Shown here: one piece after another, positions 26,320-40,119 of the stretch | Numbering within the stretch: the first letter of the stretch is position 1 | Layout of the letters: the number at the start of each line of letters is the position of its first letter | Source of the DNA: Takakia lepidozioides | Taxonomy: Eukaryota > Plantae > Bryophyta | DNA: 64,000 nucleotides | Direction of reading: 5' to 3' | Assembly (NCBI GenBank): GCA_030704615.1 | Contig: CM060734.1 | Location: forward strand, 8,370,001 to 8,434,000 | The notes under the pieces: generated by a model | Database searches by the model: none | Told to the model about the DNA's origin: nothing | What the model saw: the letters and a program-made list of their open reading frames with translations, nothing else | Program-made: the position numbers and the translations under genes

Positions 26320-28424
26320 CACTAGAAGAAAAAACGGCTTTTTCCACGGCTCTGCCATCTCACACCTGGCACATTCCACGGCTTTTATCACGGGTCTGTA
26401 CACTAAGCCAAGGTGTGGGTCTAAATATGCCCTAACTGTGGGGTGTCTCACATGTGGTCCACACCCCAGGCAAGAACGGTGTGAAAACAGCCATGAGCGT
26501 GGCAGGGGTTGGCTTAGTTTACATGGCATGTTACACACCTGTGTGAAATGGGAACATACAGTTAACAAAAAACACAAGAAATGCCTACTTTTGGTGCCTT
26601 GCAAATTGCAATAAGAGGCTCCGATCTGTTGGCAAGAAGTACCCGTTGCTCCACGATTACTCCCTGTGGTACACATTGACTGGCCTTCCATGCCCTCTCG
26701 GATGAGCACGATGTCATGGTGATCATGGATCGAGGTGAGCGAGGATATACATAGTGTCATTGACATACACCGCAATGTAGATTCATGCACTGTAGCTTCC
26801 CGCAATCGTCTCATGCATGACGTTTTTTGCTTCAGTTTTCAGCGTTGGTACTTGTGACGGTGTGATGGTTTGGGGGTGAAGCAGTAGCAATGCAGAGACT
26901 ATCCACATTTCAGCCTACGTACATTATCCTTTTGGGTTTTGCCTCAAGTTTATGTACTTAACTGGCCTCTCCTGTCAAAAACTGAGTGTCCCCTGTACGA
27001 CGTTCAGCTTGCCTCTTGTTATCTACTTCTCAGACCTTTCAACCATGCTGCTTATAAATCTGTAATACTTTTGTTTCAGGTGTGGTGCAACAACTTGGTA
27101 ATGGGCGATAAAATTACAAGTGCACATGTGGTGATGTCCACATTCAGAACAAATAACAGCACATCTAGATGGTTGAAGGCATAGCGCCCATGAGCTTCCA
27201 GCCCTAGCAAGAAAGAGTTTTATTTCGGAAGGACCAAATAATGTGGGGGGTTGCAAATCCATGCAAAGTACACACCCATAATGTGGACTGGTAATTGGTG
27301 TCTGTAACACATAATGGTCTTTGGATTGCTCACCTCAAGCCCCCCATACAAAGTATGTATGTTTTTCAAAGAAAGGTCATCTCTACAATTCCAACTCGCA
27401 ATCATGACAAAGCGGGGTGGTACATGCAGAGGGATGAAGCACCGAATCTCACAAACATGAGAAACAGAGAGAAATCACAAAGCAAAAGATCAACTTTGGC
27501 TATATATGAATCTGGAATCTCCATGATTCTGAATTCATGGGTTCCGAGGTGCCACATACCTTCTTGTGATTCATGAACATTCTCCTCCACCATCACATCG
27601 CCTCTAAATTGAGCAATGATAGAAGCCTCATCCCTGTCACAGTGAGGGTTTTTAAACAAGCCAAAAATAGAGTAACCGTGGAACGAGCCCTCTCTATGAG
27701 TAAGTCAAAGCCATCATAAATAGGGCCACATACTGTCATGTGCGGAGGAATTGAACCTGTAGCCAACTGAATGGCTCTGCCCATGTGACCTGCAAGCACA
27801 CAGTCAAAAAAGTGGGGGTTTACGAACTTGCCAAATCCCAAGCATGAACAGAGGGTCCCATTAGTGGGGAAGACATATGAATCAGCATCCACAGTTGCAA
27901 TGCCCATCAGATCCAACATGTGACTTGTTGTGCAGATTGTCCCCCGACTGCACCAAACCAGAACAAACATTATAAAGAAGTACATCCCCAACATATTGCA
28001 CCCAACCCCACAATCTGAACACAGGGAAAATAGAGAGGGGGAGGGAGGAGCAGAGGCATCAGAATTCAGTTCGTAGCTAGAGAGTAAGTAAGGCATGGAT
28101 GTGGGCAGGGGGGAGATAGTAGAGAGGTGGAGTAACAACTGAAAGCAACCCAAAATGCCAACATGACGCTATTGCCCTTTTACCAGGAATCATCTTCCTC
28201 GCTGCTACATTCACAGGGAAAATAACCGCAACAAGTGGATGTTGCAGCACAGATGTCCGCTGATTTGGGACTCAAAATGCGCCTCAGTGTGCCACTCAAA
28301 ATGTCATATAATGCATATGTCATTTTACCAGGCCAGTGGCTGAAGCACAGGGTGTCCAGTGATTTGGAACTGAAAATGTCACTCAGTGTGTCAGTTAAAA
28401 TGTCAACATGACGCTATTGTCCTT

Positions 28425-31400
28425 TTACCAGATGTAGTCATCTTCATCGCTACTACTTTCACTACACTCATGGTCAGTGTTGCAATCCTCACTATCTCGG
28501 TGCCATGGTTCGTCCCTTCGTGGGGGCCTCATCATAGCAATAGTAGCCATCTCAGCTTCGGTAAGGGTCGTTGAAGGTCCAAATTCTGTGTTGGGATTCA
28601 CATCCTCCAATGCCTCCGCCACTTGCATCCTTACGCATGACTCATTCTCACCCAAGCTGACACCAGTGACATCATGTACCACGCGCCGTGAGCGCGGCTC
28701 CTTCTGAAGTACTACTTTCAGTTACCAGCGTTGGAGGGCTCATCTGCAAAAAAACTTGCTCGACTTGCCATGGAAATGTGAATGGTTCATCTCCGGTGGC
28801 AACATGCGATCGAAGTCCACGAGTAGGAAACCATACTCATCCTTCTTCATGGTGCGGTTGCGACCTGTCAAGCTTGCTCTGACCCATTCACATATGAATA
28901 CTACAGGAGTGACAGCACCATACTGAAGCTGTAAAATTTCACGAACAACACCAACATATTGCAGCTGGTTCATGACAGGGTTACCATCCACACCCCTTCC
29001 CGTTGACTCTTCGCAAAAATCTGTGCAACCCCAGGGTCGAATGTGACATGGTAATCAACCACACCTGTTTCCACCACTCTGTAGTGATTTCCGTATGCCC
29101 ACATAGACCGAAATGAACGAGCAACAAACCCTGGTGGCTTACATAGATGACGAATATTTGCATCATACGCTGCTCCTCTTGAAAAACATTTTGTACTGTC
29201 GACTGTATCCACATATGAAAAGCAGGCAAAGGCAACATGTTTTCGGGGTATGGAACGGTGCGTTGGTGTGCATTTCCCTTGGGTGTGTGTGGCTCGAAAT
29301 TTGGCTCTGGCTGATCTATGGTGGCCTTCTCAATATCATAAAGTCTGGTCATACTCAATTCACACTTAGTCAGGACCATAGTATGTACAAAGAGGTTGAG
29401 TGAAAATTGAGAATGCGCCAATTTTGTGTCCGGAAATGGCCCCCAGAGTTAGCATGTGAAGCCAAATAAATGATGTATACTTACCTCAGAAACGGTCTCA
29501 TGCACGCCGTGTTGTGAAGCACATAGTCGCGTGCACTAGCCCGAAGCTCAGCCGACAGTTTCCTTGGAGTTTCCAAAGCCCTCTAATACTTCTCCCGCAA
29601 CACTTTCTTCTTCGTTGCAATCCCAGACCCTTCTACGAGTTCCTGGAAATGCGGCCATGTACTCTGTGAGGAGGCCAAGAGCCTCATCAAGAGAATACCT
29701 CTTGGCCATGCAACCTTCTGGCGGGGCATAGCTCTTCACATATCCCTTCAAATTTTTCATGTACCTCTCGATGGGGTATCCAACGCGAACTAACAGGACC
29801 ACAAACCTCCAATTCATTCACAAGGTGTAGCACAAGGTGGGTCATGAGATCGAAGAATGAGGGGGGAAACTCTTTCTCCCAAACAAAGCGTTACAACCAC
29901 ATCCTCCTTCAGGGCTGGTAGTTCCTCGGGATCCACTGTTTTCATGCACAATGCGCGAAATACACGAGATAGCTTCATGATTGCGAGCCTTGGACCTTTG
30001 CCCAGCAAACCTCGAATGCACAAAGGTAGAACTTGTTGCATCAGTAGATGGTAGTCATGACTCTTCATGTGTGAAAGCTTGTTCTTAGCAATATGCTTCT
30101 TAAATGAAGCACCATACCCTGTCGGTGTCTTTAGAGCACCCAAAGTTGCATAGAAGGTAGTAGTTTCCTGTCGATTCAACACGTAAGGAGCCTGCGGCTT
30201 CACCAACTTCCTGCCATCTCCGGGGTGGGGTTTTAACCATAAGTGAGGTCGTATGCCCTCATTCTCCATGTCCTTCCTGCTCTTTACTGTGTCCTTTTCC
30301 CCCAATATGGTGCGCAATATGTTTTCAGAATTTTTTTGTTTCACAGTGCATAACATCAAGGGTATACCGTATCAACAAATCCTGCAATCATGGAACCACC
30401 ATCAATATGGTATACTTTGATGGTAAAGCCAAGAGATGACATCTTAATAATGGGAAAAGGAAGAAACCAGCCTTGCATGCTGCAGACAGTATCCAGAGAG
30501 ACAAAAGCCAGACATTTTCATGGAAACAACCATATTGCTGCTACATGTGCCATACATAGGCGACTCCAAACTTGCTTCATGCAATTTGCATTAGGCTGAA
30601 ATCTAAGTCGTGTGTGATGATCCTTACAACTGTATCCATGCAACTATGAAATCAGCCCTGCCGACAAACAAACAATGAAGACATACCCACCTTCCAATAT
30701 GGCAGTTCCAAAGGATCGACCTTCGCTTCATGCCATGGGATTTGGCAGGGCACACATTCCGGCGACGGCTGCCAAATGTTTCCATGAACCTCTTGTTTTC
30801 CTCCGCATTTTGGAGCTGATCCACAGTGGATACTTGGGAGGGGGGGTCTGTGATCGGAGGCTCCATTGAAGTGGTTGCGATTGCGTCTATATGGATGGCC
30901 TGCTGGTAAGAATTTTTTGTGCCCCTGGTACACCATTTTGCTCAGTGCACTGGAGTGCCTGGCATCAAGATTGGGCCCGCACACGGGACAAGCCTTGTAG
31001 CCCCCAACACACACCCTGCTAGCATGGCATATGCAGGATAGTCATGTACTGACCACATCAGAATGGCTCTCATGACAAAGGTCCTTGATCCTTCATTGCC
31101 AGATGCATCATTAGCCCTAACACCTTCCCACAACACGGTCAGCTCATCCACCAGAGGCTGCAAGAACACATCCGCATTGGTCTTCTTCACGGATGTCGGC
31201 CTGGAATTAAGAGTGTCAACATCATAAGAAAAAAGGCTTTGTGCTCAGCCAAGGAGGAAGGTTGTAGTTCATGAGCAAGACTGGCCGTAGACCATTTTGT
31301 TGATTTATCACCAAAGGGATTGATACCATCCCATGCCAGACCTAGTCGCAAGTTGCGAGGTTCAGCTGCAAAAGCAGGCCATGTATCGTCAATGTATTTC

Positions 31401-32500
31401 CATGCAAGGCTGTCAGGCGGGTGTCTCATCTTCCCATCTTGACTTTGGTTCTCCATGTGCCACACCATAAGCTTAGATATCTCCTTGCACTTGTACATGC
31501 GCTGCAGCCGGGGAATCAAGGGGAAATGCCGCAAGACCTTCTGTGGAACCAACGTCTTCATGCCAGGGATGTACCGAGGCGCCCCACATAGGGCAAGATG
31601 GTGCATCCTGCAGATCTCCCCTGTATAGCACACATCCCTTCTCACAAGCATGGATGCTATCGTAATTAAGCCCAGCTTTTGTTATAAGTTTCTTCGCTTC
31701 GTAATGAGATTTGGGCAAAAAGTTCCCTTTAGGCAATAGATGTCCGTGAAAAAGTTTCAGAAGCTCATCCATCGCTGCGTTTGTGACACCATGAGTAGCA
31801 CTAACATTGAGCAAAAGCAACGTCGCACTCAAGCAGCTGGTGGGGCAGCCAACATACAGAGGTGTGGTTGCTTGATGCTGAAATTGGAAAGCAGCACCGT
31901 CATCCCCATCCCCATGACTTTGTCCATCATGATGGCGCTCGTGTTTTGCACATTATCTGCAACTGCAAATGTTTCATGCAACATGCGAATGATGTCGACG
32001 TCGAGGTCTAGATTCTCTCCACCACGAACAGGAATAGGGCTAATCTGTCTTTCCACATCATCCTCAGGGGGGCTACGTTCTTCCACAAAGTCTTCGTCTT
32101 CGAGTCGACACTCTCCACCTGCATGTTCACCTGCAAACTATAAGAGTATAGTCTTGTCCAAAATGTAACGTGTTGCATAAAACAGGGAATCTCCAAATTG
32201 ACCGTGCTAGTTTCCATACAGTAGTCCACCGTACATGTACAGTGGAGGGCCGTTCAACATTACCATTCTAAGGGCTTCATCCTAAGTTATGTCTGCGAGA
32301 AGTGAGGTGAGAGATGCACGTCACTCACCATGGGATAACCCAACAGTGGATCCCGGTCGTTGGCAAGCAAATGCAATTTGGCAGTTTCCACGAATTGGTC
32401 GACCCCCATGGCAGTCGTTGCAGGGACACATTATCTTTGAAATACCAGTCTAGTTGCACGTCGTTCCTCGATTTGCCAAAGTCCTGCGTCAGTGTGGGGC
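28425..32500 (-). pseudogene. CACTA TnpD-like transposase (Transposase_21/DUF4218/DUF4216 type), frameshifted
   Basis: MCPCNDC, IHACEKGCVLY, LRHFPLIPRLQRMY, HPPDSLAW, RNLRLGLAWDGINPF, DVFLQPLVDEL, DYPAY, MKSHDYH and YPIERYMKNLKGYV. Confidence 0.93.
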
Positions 32501-32767
32501 ACCGCAGTGCGGCCCGGGGTTTCTAGTTCCGGCCTCTCTCATCCCCCACGAACGCTTCTGGGTTTGGCTAGTTTTTGAAGTGGGAAGTCAGCGAGTGCTC
32601 GGATGTGGGGAACCTACGTTTGTGCTTGCAGGCGTTGGAGTATTCGTATGGCGGGTCCACCTCCCCTCTGTTTCCTACATGCGCTCCTTCTATTGTTTGA
32701 TCAGTAGATCATGGTAGTCTTGTTTGAGGTCGATTACTGCGATTTGAGCGACGAGGAGGAACCCGCC

Positions 32768-35700
32768 ATGGCACGGACACGCAAGGCCTCTACACCCGAC
32801 CCCCTCCACGCACTGCCTACGAGGAAGAGCGAGAGAGGCGCATAGCGGCCAACAAGGAGACGTTGGCTCAGCTGAGCATTGGGAGGTTGCGCGCAGGTGA
32901 GCAGATCACCCTTGTCCTTAGTATGCATGCTACACAGGTAGTGAGTAGGGGTTTTCCCACCACATTAGCCTACTGCTTTTCCCTCCCATAGGTTTCATGG
33001 TGATGGCACTTTCACGATCGCCTTTTGTTTAGGGCAAGATTCACACAGGGTTTTGGAAATGTGTGCGCAGCATAGCTAGGAGTGTACAACAGCCGACTAG
33101 GAGCTCCAAAGTTGTGTGGAACGGGCCTCCTCGACGAAGTGGGCGCTTGAAAGAACTAGCATTACCTTCGATGGCGGAGGAAGCCCGAGACTCCCCAGTC
33201 GGTGGGCTCTGAGGCAGAGGAACTCGACGAGCGTGATCAGGAGCTCGATGAGGATTACAACATAGATGACGACGACGATTCGGAGGAGGAAATGCACGAG
33301 GACATAGAGGAGGACGAGGATGGAGATGATGTGGACAAGGTATCAGATTTGGAGAACTACATCAGTGGTGCATGTGGACTGACCGAGCCCCCAATGCAAC
33401 GCATGCTCCGAGGGCACCAAAACGGCCAGCTCCTCTTCCACGAGAGGTAAGTGGGCATTTGCTGTACTGATTTCTTAGGTTTGTGGCAGGATTTGCATCT
33501 TCTTATTTGTTTTTCCTTTTGGTCCCAGCAGTTTTTTCCATTTTCCACTAACAGGATGAAGCACCACTTTCTTGCCCTCTATACCTCATGATACAAGGGT
33601 TTATCTACTGTCTATTCCTTGGAACCCAAATCTGTTATTGAAGTCTTCTATACATTTTTCCATTTTGTGCCATGAGAAATGCAACTCTGCAGATTGCTGA
33701 CTCCCTCATAGGAGGTTCAAACTTGTGATGGCCTGTCTTAATACCCAAAAAGCGCAAAGGGGGTTGTGGGAGGGAGGGACCTGCACAGGTAGGGGGCTGC
33801 ATATTGTGGTGTCATGTTGCAACAAGAAAGAAATTGTAGTGGGAGAGGAGGAACCCCCAGGAGCACGATGGTAACCGCCTCATCAGCCAGCCAGGTCCGA
33901 GAGGGGGCGCTCATGACTCTTCCTCCCCCATCTTCCTGCCCCCTCTATTGTCAAATGTTGATAATATGTGAAGCCATTATCAGCCATTATCATATTGTAC
34001 TCTCATTGATATGTACGATGGTCATCGGGGCCAGATTGTACCTACAAGGGATTCCCCAAAGAACCCCGAAAGAGGGTCGAAACATACAAGGAGGACTTTC
34101 CCAGTGACGTTTGGCGTGTTCAATGGATCAGACCTAAATGCATTTTGGGTGCGATTTCTGCTGCATTCAGTGTATGTATATTATAGAGCGCGTTTTTTGT
34201 TGATGTATCCTACATGATGTTCATGCTTTATCCTCCTACATAACTCTTTCCCACTTGTTGATTTGCAGGATCCAGTGAGAAAGAAGAAGGGAGTTGCTCC
34301 GGCAGGTGTCTTCAACCATCCCTCCCCACGTCTTCAACCAACCCCGGATGGAGGAGGCCCTCCCTCCTTTCCACGTAACACTGGTGCGTTTTATCCCCCT
34401 GGCATTCAGAGGTATGCACAGTATGAACAACAGACTGCTCATGTTCCAGCCGCCCCTGAAATTCGCCCGCCCTTTTCTCAGTCGTACCATGCAAACAGCC
34501 CGTCAGGGGAGAACCGGTCATGTGCAGTTCCATGTGGGGCATTTCCGCAAACTGGGGAAGCACAACATGCTCCTGTTTAGCATGGGCACTACCACGAAGG
34601 TGTGTGGTACCCTCACCCCAACCCTCCCCCACCTGCGCATCCTCCCCAGGCAACGTATCCCAGAAGCCCCATGTATAGTGCGCCGTTGCATGGCCCTTAT
34701 TCCAGGCAGCCCATGGCTTCACCCAATTGCAATGCTTCAAGGCCTCTTCAATTCCCAAGCTCACCAGCTCCGAGCACAGGTTATGTTCCTGCCCACCCCA
34801 CACCCCACGTTGGTGCGTGGCAGGGTTCATGTCCGCCCGAAGGGCCCCATGTTGCAGGTTGTGAGGGAAGAGAGGAGGCCCGTGATTCCAATATGACTCC
34901 AGATGCGCAACATTTGACTGGCAAGGACAGAGCCAATTTTTTGCGCAAGCGAGGAGAGTAGCACGGAGAGGGTTGAAGGAAACGTCTTGTGCAAATGTAG
35001 CTGCTGGGCAAAAGAGATTCATAGTTGCGTGTGGCAAAAAGGGCCCATGCGGGTGCACGGAATGACTGGCTGGCAGCCCTGCGAGGGCAATGCCAACGTG
35101 TGCTGGACTGTTCTGTGCCCATCCATCTTCAACCTCAAAGTCTGATTGACGAGGTGGGTGAACTATTAGCAGATGATTGGGAATATTTACCTCCTGGGAT
35201 AACTGGCGCCCAACTTCGAACTGAGATTGGAGGCGTCATTAAATACCAGCGCATCAAATTGTTTAGAAAAGTGTACTCCCGTGGCAAACCTAAGCCCCAC
35301 TATGTTGCGGACAAGACTTGGGCAGAACTTGTGAGGCATTGGAACACACCCGAATGGCAAAAGAGTCGTGATAATGGCAAGCATGCACGGGGGCATGTTG
35401 GTGCCCCTTCGAGATCTGGATGCAGTGGCCTTAGCGGCGTTGAGGAACGTCTGGTAAATCTGCCTATCTCATGACATTGCCAATATATTCAAGTAGTGAG
35501 GTGTCTTGTCATTTGTATCTTACTCTTAGAGGATGACACTAATATTCCCATATCCTGTCCATGTGTAGGCTAAGACAAGTGGTCGTCCTCCACTTCTATC
35601 TGAAATTTCGGGGAGCAAGAATAGCAACAAGGGGTATGGTTCTGATTCAGCAGGGGCCACCCGAATCTGTAAGTAACTAACCCACCTGCATTTGTTGCAA

Positions 35701-36400
35701 TGATGTGCTTGCAATTATTTATGGTTTTGCCTTCCTGTGTTGTTGTCCAATAAATTACCTTGCATGGCTAGTGCGATAGATGTATTGAATCGTATTTGCA
35801 CTCTTTTTGTGGCAGGGCCTTGGAGCATTGGCTTCTTGGCTTGATGGCTTGGAAGGATGGAAACATACAATGGAGGCCAGCTCAATGGAGCACAAATTGG
35901 AATTGCAGGTAGTGAAATCCATGTTTGCCGCTACAGTATCTAAGACAGACAAGTTCAACATGGCATTGGCAGCGAAGCTCGGTTTGGACCTGCCGAGGGA
36001 TGAATCTCCATCAACATCAAACATTGTGTGTGAGTTGTCGCCCCCTGTTCATCATGTTGTCCCACCTGCGACTACTGTGGAAATGACAAGTACAGGTGAG
36101 CAGCCTCCTAGCAGTGGAGGCAGTGGACAAAGGAAAGGGGGCAGTATTGTGGAAGAAGATGCCACAGGTGAGGACAAAGTTCAGAACATGGCATGTGACG
36201 ATCCTTGCCTTAATTATGGTGCCAATGATGACCTATCCCCCCTTATTGAGAAGGGAGTGCCTGTACTAGAGGATCACACCGGCAGTGAACTTAGACAGAG
36301 TGCCCAAGACATAGGGGCAGGGGCTAAGGGCACAGGAGTGGTTATTGTTGGGGCAGGGAAGAACATTGATTCAACAACAAAATTGGCCGTTGTACGGAAG
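32768..36400 (+). pseudogene. CACTA second gene (TnpA/Ptta-EnSpm-like), multi-exon, degenerate
   Basis: Starts MARTRK, followed by acidic and Pro-rich exons. KPHYVADKTWAELVRHWNTPEWQKSRDNGKHARGHVGAPSRSG fits the Transposase_24 signature. Confidence 0.7.
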
Positions 36401-37870
36401 GTAAGTACTTTAGTAGCCATCATTCCTTGAGTTCTCGGGAACTCAACGTACCGTTAGTCCCCAGTATGGTCGCCAAATGTTAACCGCTGGTTCGTGACTT
36501 AGACAAAATGGGCTTTCACCTGTAGAGCCCATTTCCCAAAGCCCTTATCAGAGGTTGTCCGACGGTATGTCTTCAGGACGATTATAGAGTAATCGTCAAT
36601 GGTTGTGAAATACTCGGGTTCCGTGAATTAACATCCCTGTTACTGCTTAAGTCCTTGAATTGATCATAAGCGGTATCCTATAGCTAATCAGTAAGACTAT
36701 GAACTTAGGCGAAGCTATATTGCTACAGCTGTGACTAAGTTCTGTCTAAGCATACAGCAATGCAATATACTATGTGCTATTTCAGACAAGATCTATTCAG
36801 AGATGATACACATTCTCACCATCTCACGTTCGTTCATAATACACATTCTCTCCATCTCACAATCACTCTACATATAAGTACTTGGGAGAACATTGCTTTA
36901 CTTCAGAGTCATCACATCATAGCCTGATTTGCTCGAAAGAGCCGTTTATAGCCTACAGTCGTTATTGACCGTTGTCTAACTGCCTACGCAATTCTAAAAG
37001 GTTTGCCAAAAAAGTGGCCCGTGGTAGTGGCTCGTGGTCGTGTGCCTTAGTGGTACACGGCCCACGGTCCCTCACTACTTCTCATACTAGTAAAGCCTAC
37101 GCTACCGTTGTCGCGGCCCTTTGCCTTGAGGGCAAGGGGTCGGGACACAAGAGGGGCTGCCCCTGTGTGGGGGCAGTGGCAACAATAGGTACGGGGGCTG
37201 AAGCACCCTTGAGTGCCCAAGGCACTCAAGGGGGCGGAGGGATGCTAGAGTGTGAGCCTAGCCACGTGAGCCCAGGAGCCTGGCGTGAGCCCATGACACG
37301 TGGCATGATTTTGGGAAAGATGCGGCGTCTATTTCCGTGGAAGACAATCCATTACCGCAGAAACACGTCTTCATCCATATTAACCCTGCAACCCCAAACA
37401 GAAACCCTAACCCTTGTCAGCCTTAGGGACCCACCTCAACCCCGACAGTGAACCTCGCCATCCCCCCTGTGCATGATATTGCGCACTGACATCATCCATG
37501 GGACCATCCATGCATGCAACATTCATCCACAGTGTAGATCCAATCAGGGTTTATCCATCCAAAAACATTCATCCTCCATCCATCCAACCAAATATTGGTG
37601 TGATGGCATATGTCGAATGACTGTCTATTGGACTATGCACATATTCATCTCTATTGAAAAAATTTTATTGAATGCACACAGTTGAATTGGAGAGTAATGT
37701 TTAGAAGGAAAACACTTTCAAATTCGCAGGACGCGGGGGAGAGAATGTTTTAATTCAGGGATGTGAATTTCATTGTAGTCCGTGCTCATTACAACGGATG
37801 GTGAGAAGAGAAATGGTGGTGTAACGGAAAACGGAGAGTGTGTCCCCTCATGTTCCATAAATGAATGCCC

Positions 37871-39110
37871 TCAAGTACATCCGTAGGTAGTGTCAACACT
37901 GCTACTGCTACCACCTGAATCTGCTGAACTGCTAGAAGTACTGCTACAACCTGAAACTGCTGCACTATCATCTATGAAGACCTTTGCGCGGAGGTGCCTG
38001 AGCGTCTTCCTGGAACTCCAACGCAAGGGTAGGGGAGAAAGCATAGCTGCTTGCACACGAGCAATGCCTTCCGCGTAATTGGGAAGGACATAATTAGGAG
38101 GTGGGCTCCAACACAAGTCCCTCAAGTATATGGAAGACAGGGGCCACGGGAGTGCGTTCACATTCCTGCAATCAGAAATGCACCATTTGGGTAACAATCA
38201 GACAACAGAAGGGGACGCGACAGAGCATATCAATTTGCGCAGTGTCATCCTTGACATTGGAGGTAGACACGCCCCCTTGCAACTCGGCAAAGAGGCAAGT
38301 GAAAATATCTGCATCTCCTTCCATACCAAACAAGTGCCTGCCACCTGCCTTGCAAGCATGGTAAAAAGCGCCTGTAAGAGACAGATTGAAGGAATTAGAG
38401 TTTTAGAATATTGAGTAAAGAAGGTGCAGAAGAAAAGAAATCGATGACAAAGACAAGAAGAGAAACTTGTGCCGAGAGTGAGATCTATGATGCGGGCCCC
38501 TGGCCGAGAACAACTCTCAATGATCGTTTGGATAAAAGCCGGGCCTTTTTCACGGGCCCCTCTCTAAGGAGTTCCATTTGGCTTTCATAAACATACGTTG
38601 GAGTCGACATATTTGTAGTGCATGTCGTCGATGACAAGATCGAACCTCTCGTTTATGAAACATCCTCCCCCATGAAGCTCGAACTCCACCACTGTGGTGG
38701 GAGTCAACAGTGGATGTACCCTCACGAGACACACGGCCTCAGATAGATTGGTCTACGATGAAGAGGACAATAATTAGTGATGAATGTTTCATAGCACATC
38801 TGGGTGGGAGTGCAGACCCATTCTGGATGGAACTAGTTCAGAGTCATTGCTCATGCACCACCATAACTGAGTGCGTTGAAGCACTCAATTCAGGCAGTGC
38901 GAACAGCATGACTTCATAACAGTCAGTACAGTGGAACTTCAACAGAGAAGGCATAGAAACAAAGTATTTGAAACCCACCTTCTGCCTTGGGCAATCCCCC
39001 TTTGTCAGATATAGGCTGTTGACACAGTTCCAGGTCTTGATAATCCGCATCCCCGAGGCTTTCAAGTAGCTTGCCAGCTCCCGGCGACATCTCATCGTGA
39101 CAGATTGTAT
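37871..39110 (-). pseudogene. C-terminal half of the beta-class DNA methyltransferase-like gene (homologue of 1351-6915)
   Basis: LASYLKASGMRIIKTWNCVNSLYL (copy A: LASYLKSSGFEVLRTWNCVNSLYL); RGAREKGPAFIQTIIESCSRPGARIIDLTLGT|AFYHACKAGGRHLFGMEGD; SPPPNYVLPNYAEG (copy A: TPPFHFLLPVYAEA). Splice donors lie at the same positions as in copy A. Confidence 0.85.
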
Positions 39111-39354
39111 GATACCCAATTTTATTTTATTTTATTTATTTATTTTGTTACCTTCCCCCCCCGGGAGAATTGAGTGCGTCAACGCACTCAATTTCTTCAT
39201 GATCATGATTTTAGGATGATCATCGACGAGAGGTGCGGGTCCGGATTTTCACCCCGGGTACCCGACGGGTTTTGGGAGAAACCCCCCCTCCCCCCCCCCC
39301 CGAGAACTGAGTGCGTCAACACACTCAATTTTTTCATGATCATGATTTCAGGAT

Positions 39355-39800
39355 GATCATTGACGAACTGGAGATTGGCAAGTTGGAGGACGTCGGCTTT
39401 CGTCTGCACCGATCTATGGCGTCGACTCTTGGTGGCCTTGCTGCTATGGTGCCTCCTCCAGACGATACTTCGCATCCCACTAGAAGGAATGACAAAACAA
39501 TGCATCGGGTGGCTTCGGGGCCTGATCACGATGCGAAGGTGGAATCGGCCAAACCACTTCAGGCTCGGGTAATAGGAACTATGGAAGTACCTTCACCTGG
39601 GTATGGACGGGTTTATACTTTGGTCACATCTGGGTCTGTTTTGCACGACAGGGCCTATCAGTCCCTGCAAGCATCTTTACTACATCTTTTTGTGCATGAT
39701 GTATTGTGATCCCAAAAGAGACCAAATCATTCACCAGGCGACACTAGGTCCTGGTGAGGTACAGACACTTTTGCAGCGAGACATTGGCAATATCGAGTAG
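39355..39800 (+). pseudogene. C-terminal fragment of a SWIM zinc-finger protein
   Basis: GYGRVYTLVTSG..RAYQ, then after a frameshift PCKHLYYIF..IIHQATL. The CxH half of SWIM is present; the CxC half appears deleted. Confidence 0.6.
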
Positions 39801-40013
39801 TGTTGCATATGTTGCGATTTTTCGCAATGTCGGAAAGGGCTGCCTTGTTTGTAGAACATGTATACACAGTTCTTAAATCTAGACAAGCAGACGATGTCTC
39901 GTCATGAAAGGTAGTTTATTTTTTCATCGGGTTTGGTTAACGAGCCTCTAAAATTGAGTGCGTCAACGCACACCACTTCTGCCCTCACCCCCAATATTGC
40001 CCAGGGCCAAGGG

Positions 40014-40045
<32 letters not shown>

Positions 40046-40119
40046 ATTTTTTGTTCGAGGGCCTATGGACAAGTGTCAGTATGAAAGCTCATTTTATTTT
40101 TTCACGGCCTCTACATAAG

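Larger units (their letters stand above)
26320..36427. mobile_element. CACTA/EnSpm transposon (one terminus visible, other end lost)
   Basis: CACTAGAAGAAAAAA begins exactly where homology to gypsy gag stops (26320). Contains TnpD-like and TnpA-like genes. Confidence 0.88.

Noticed and set aside
34263-35122. Several long overlapping ORFs on both strands
   Set aside because: A by-product of the Pro-rich exon of the CACTA second gene.
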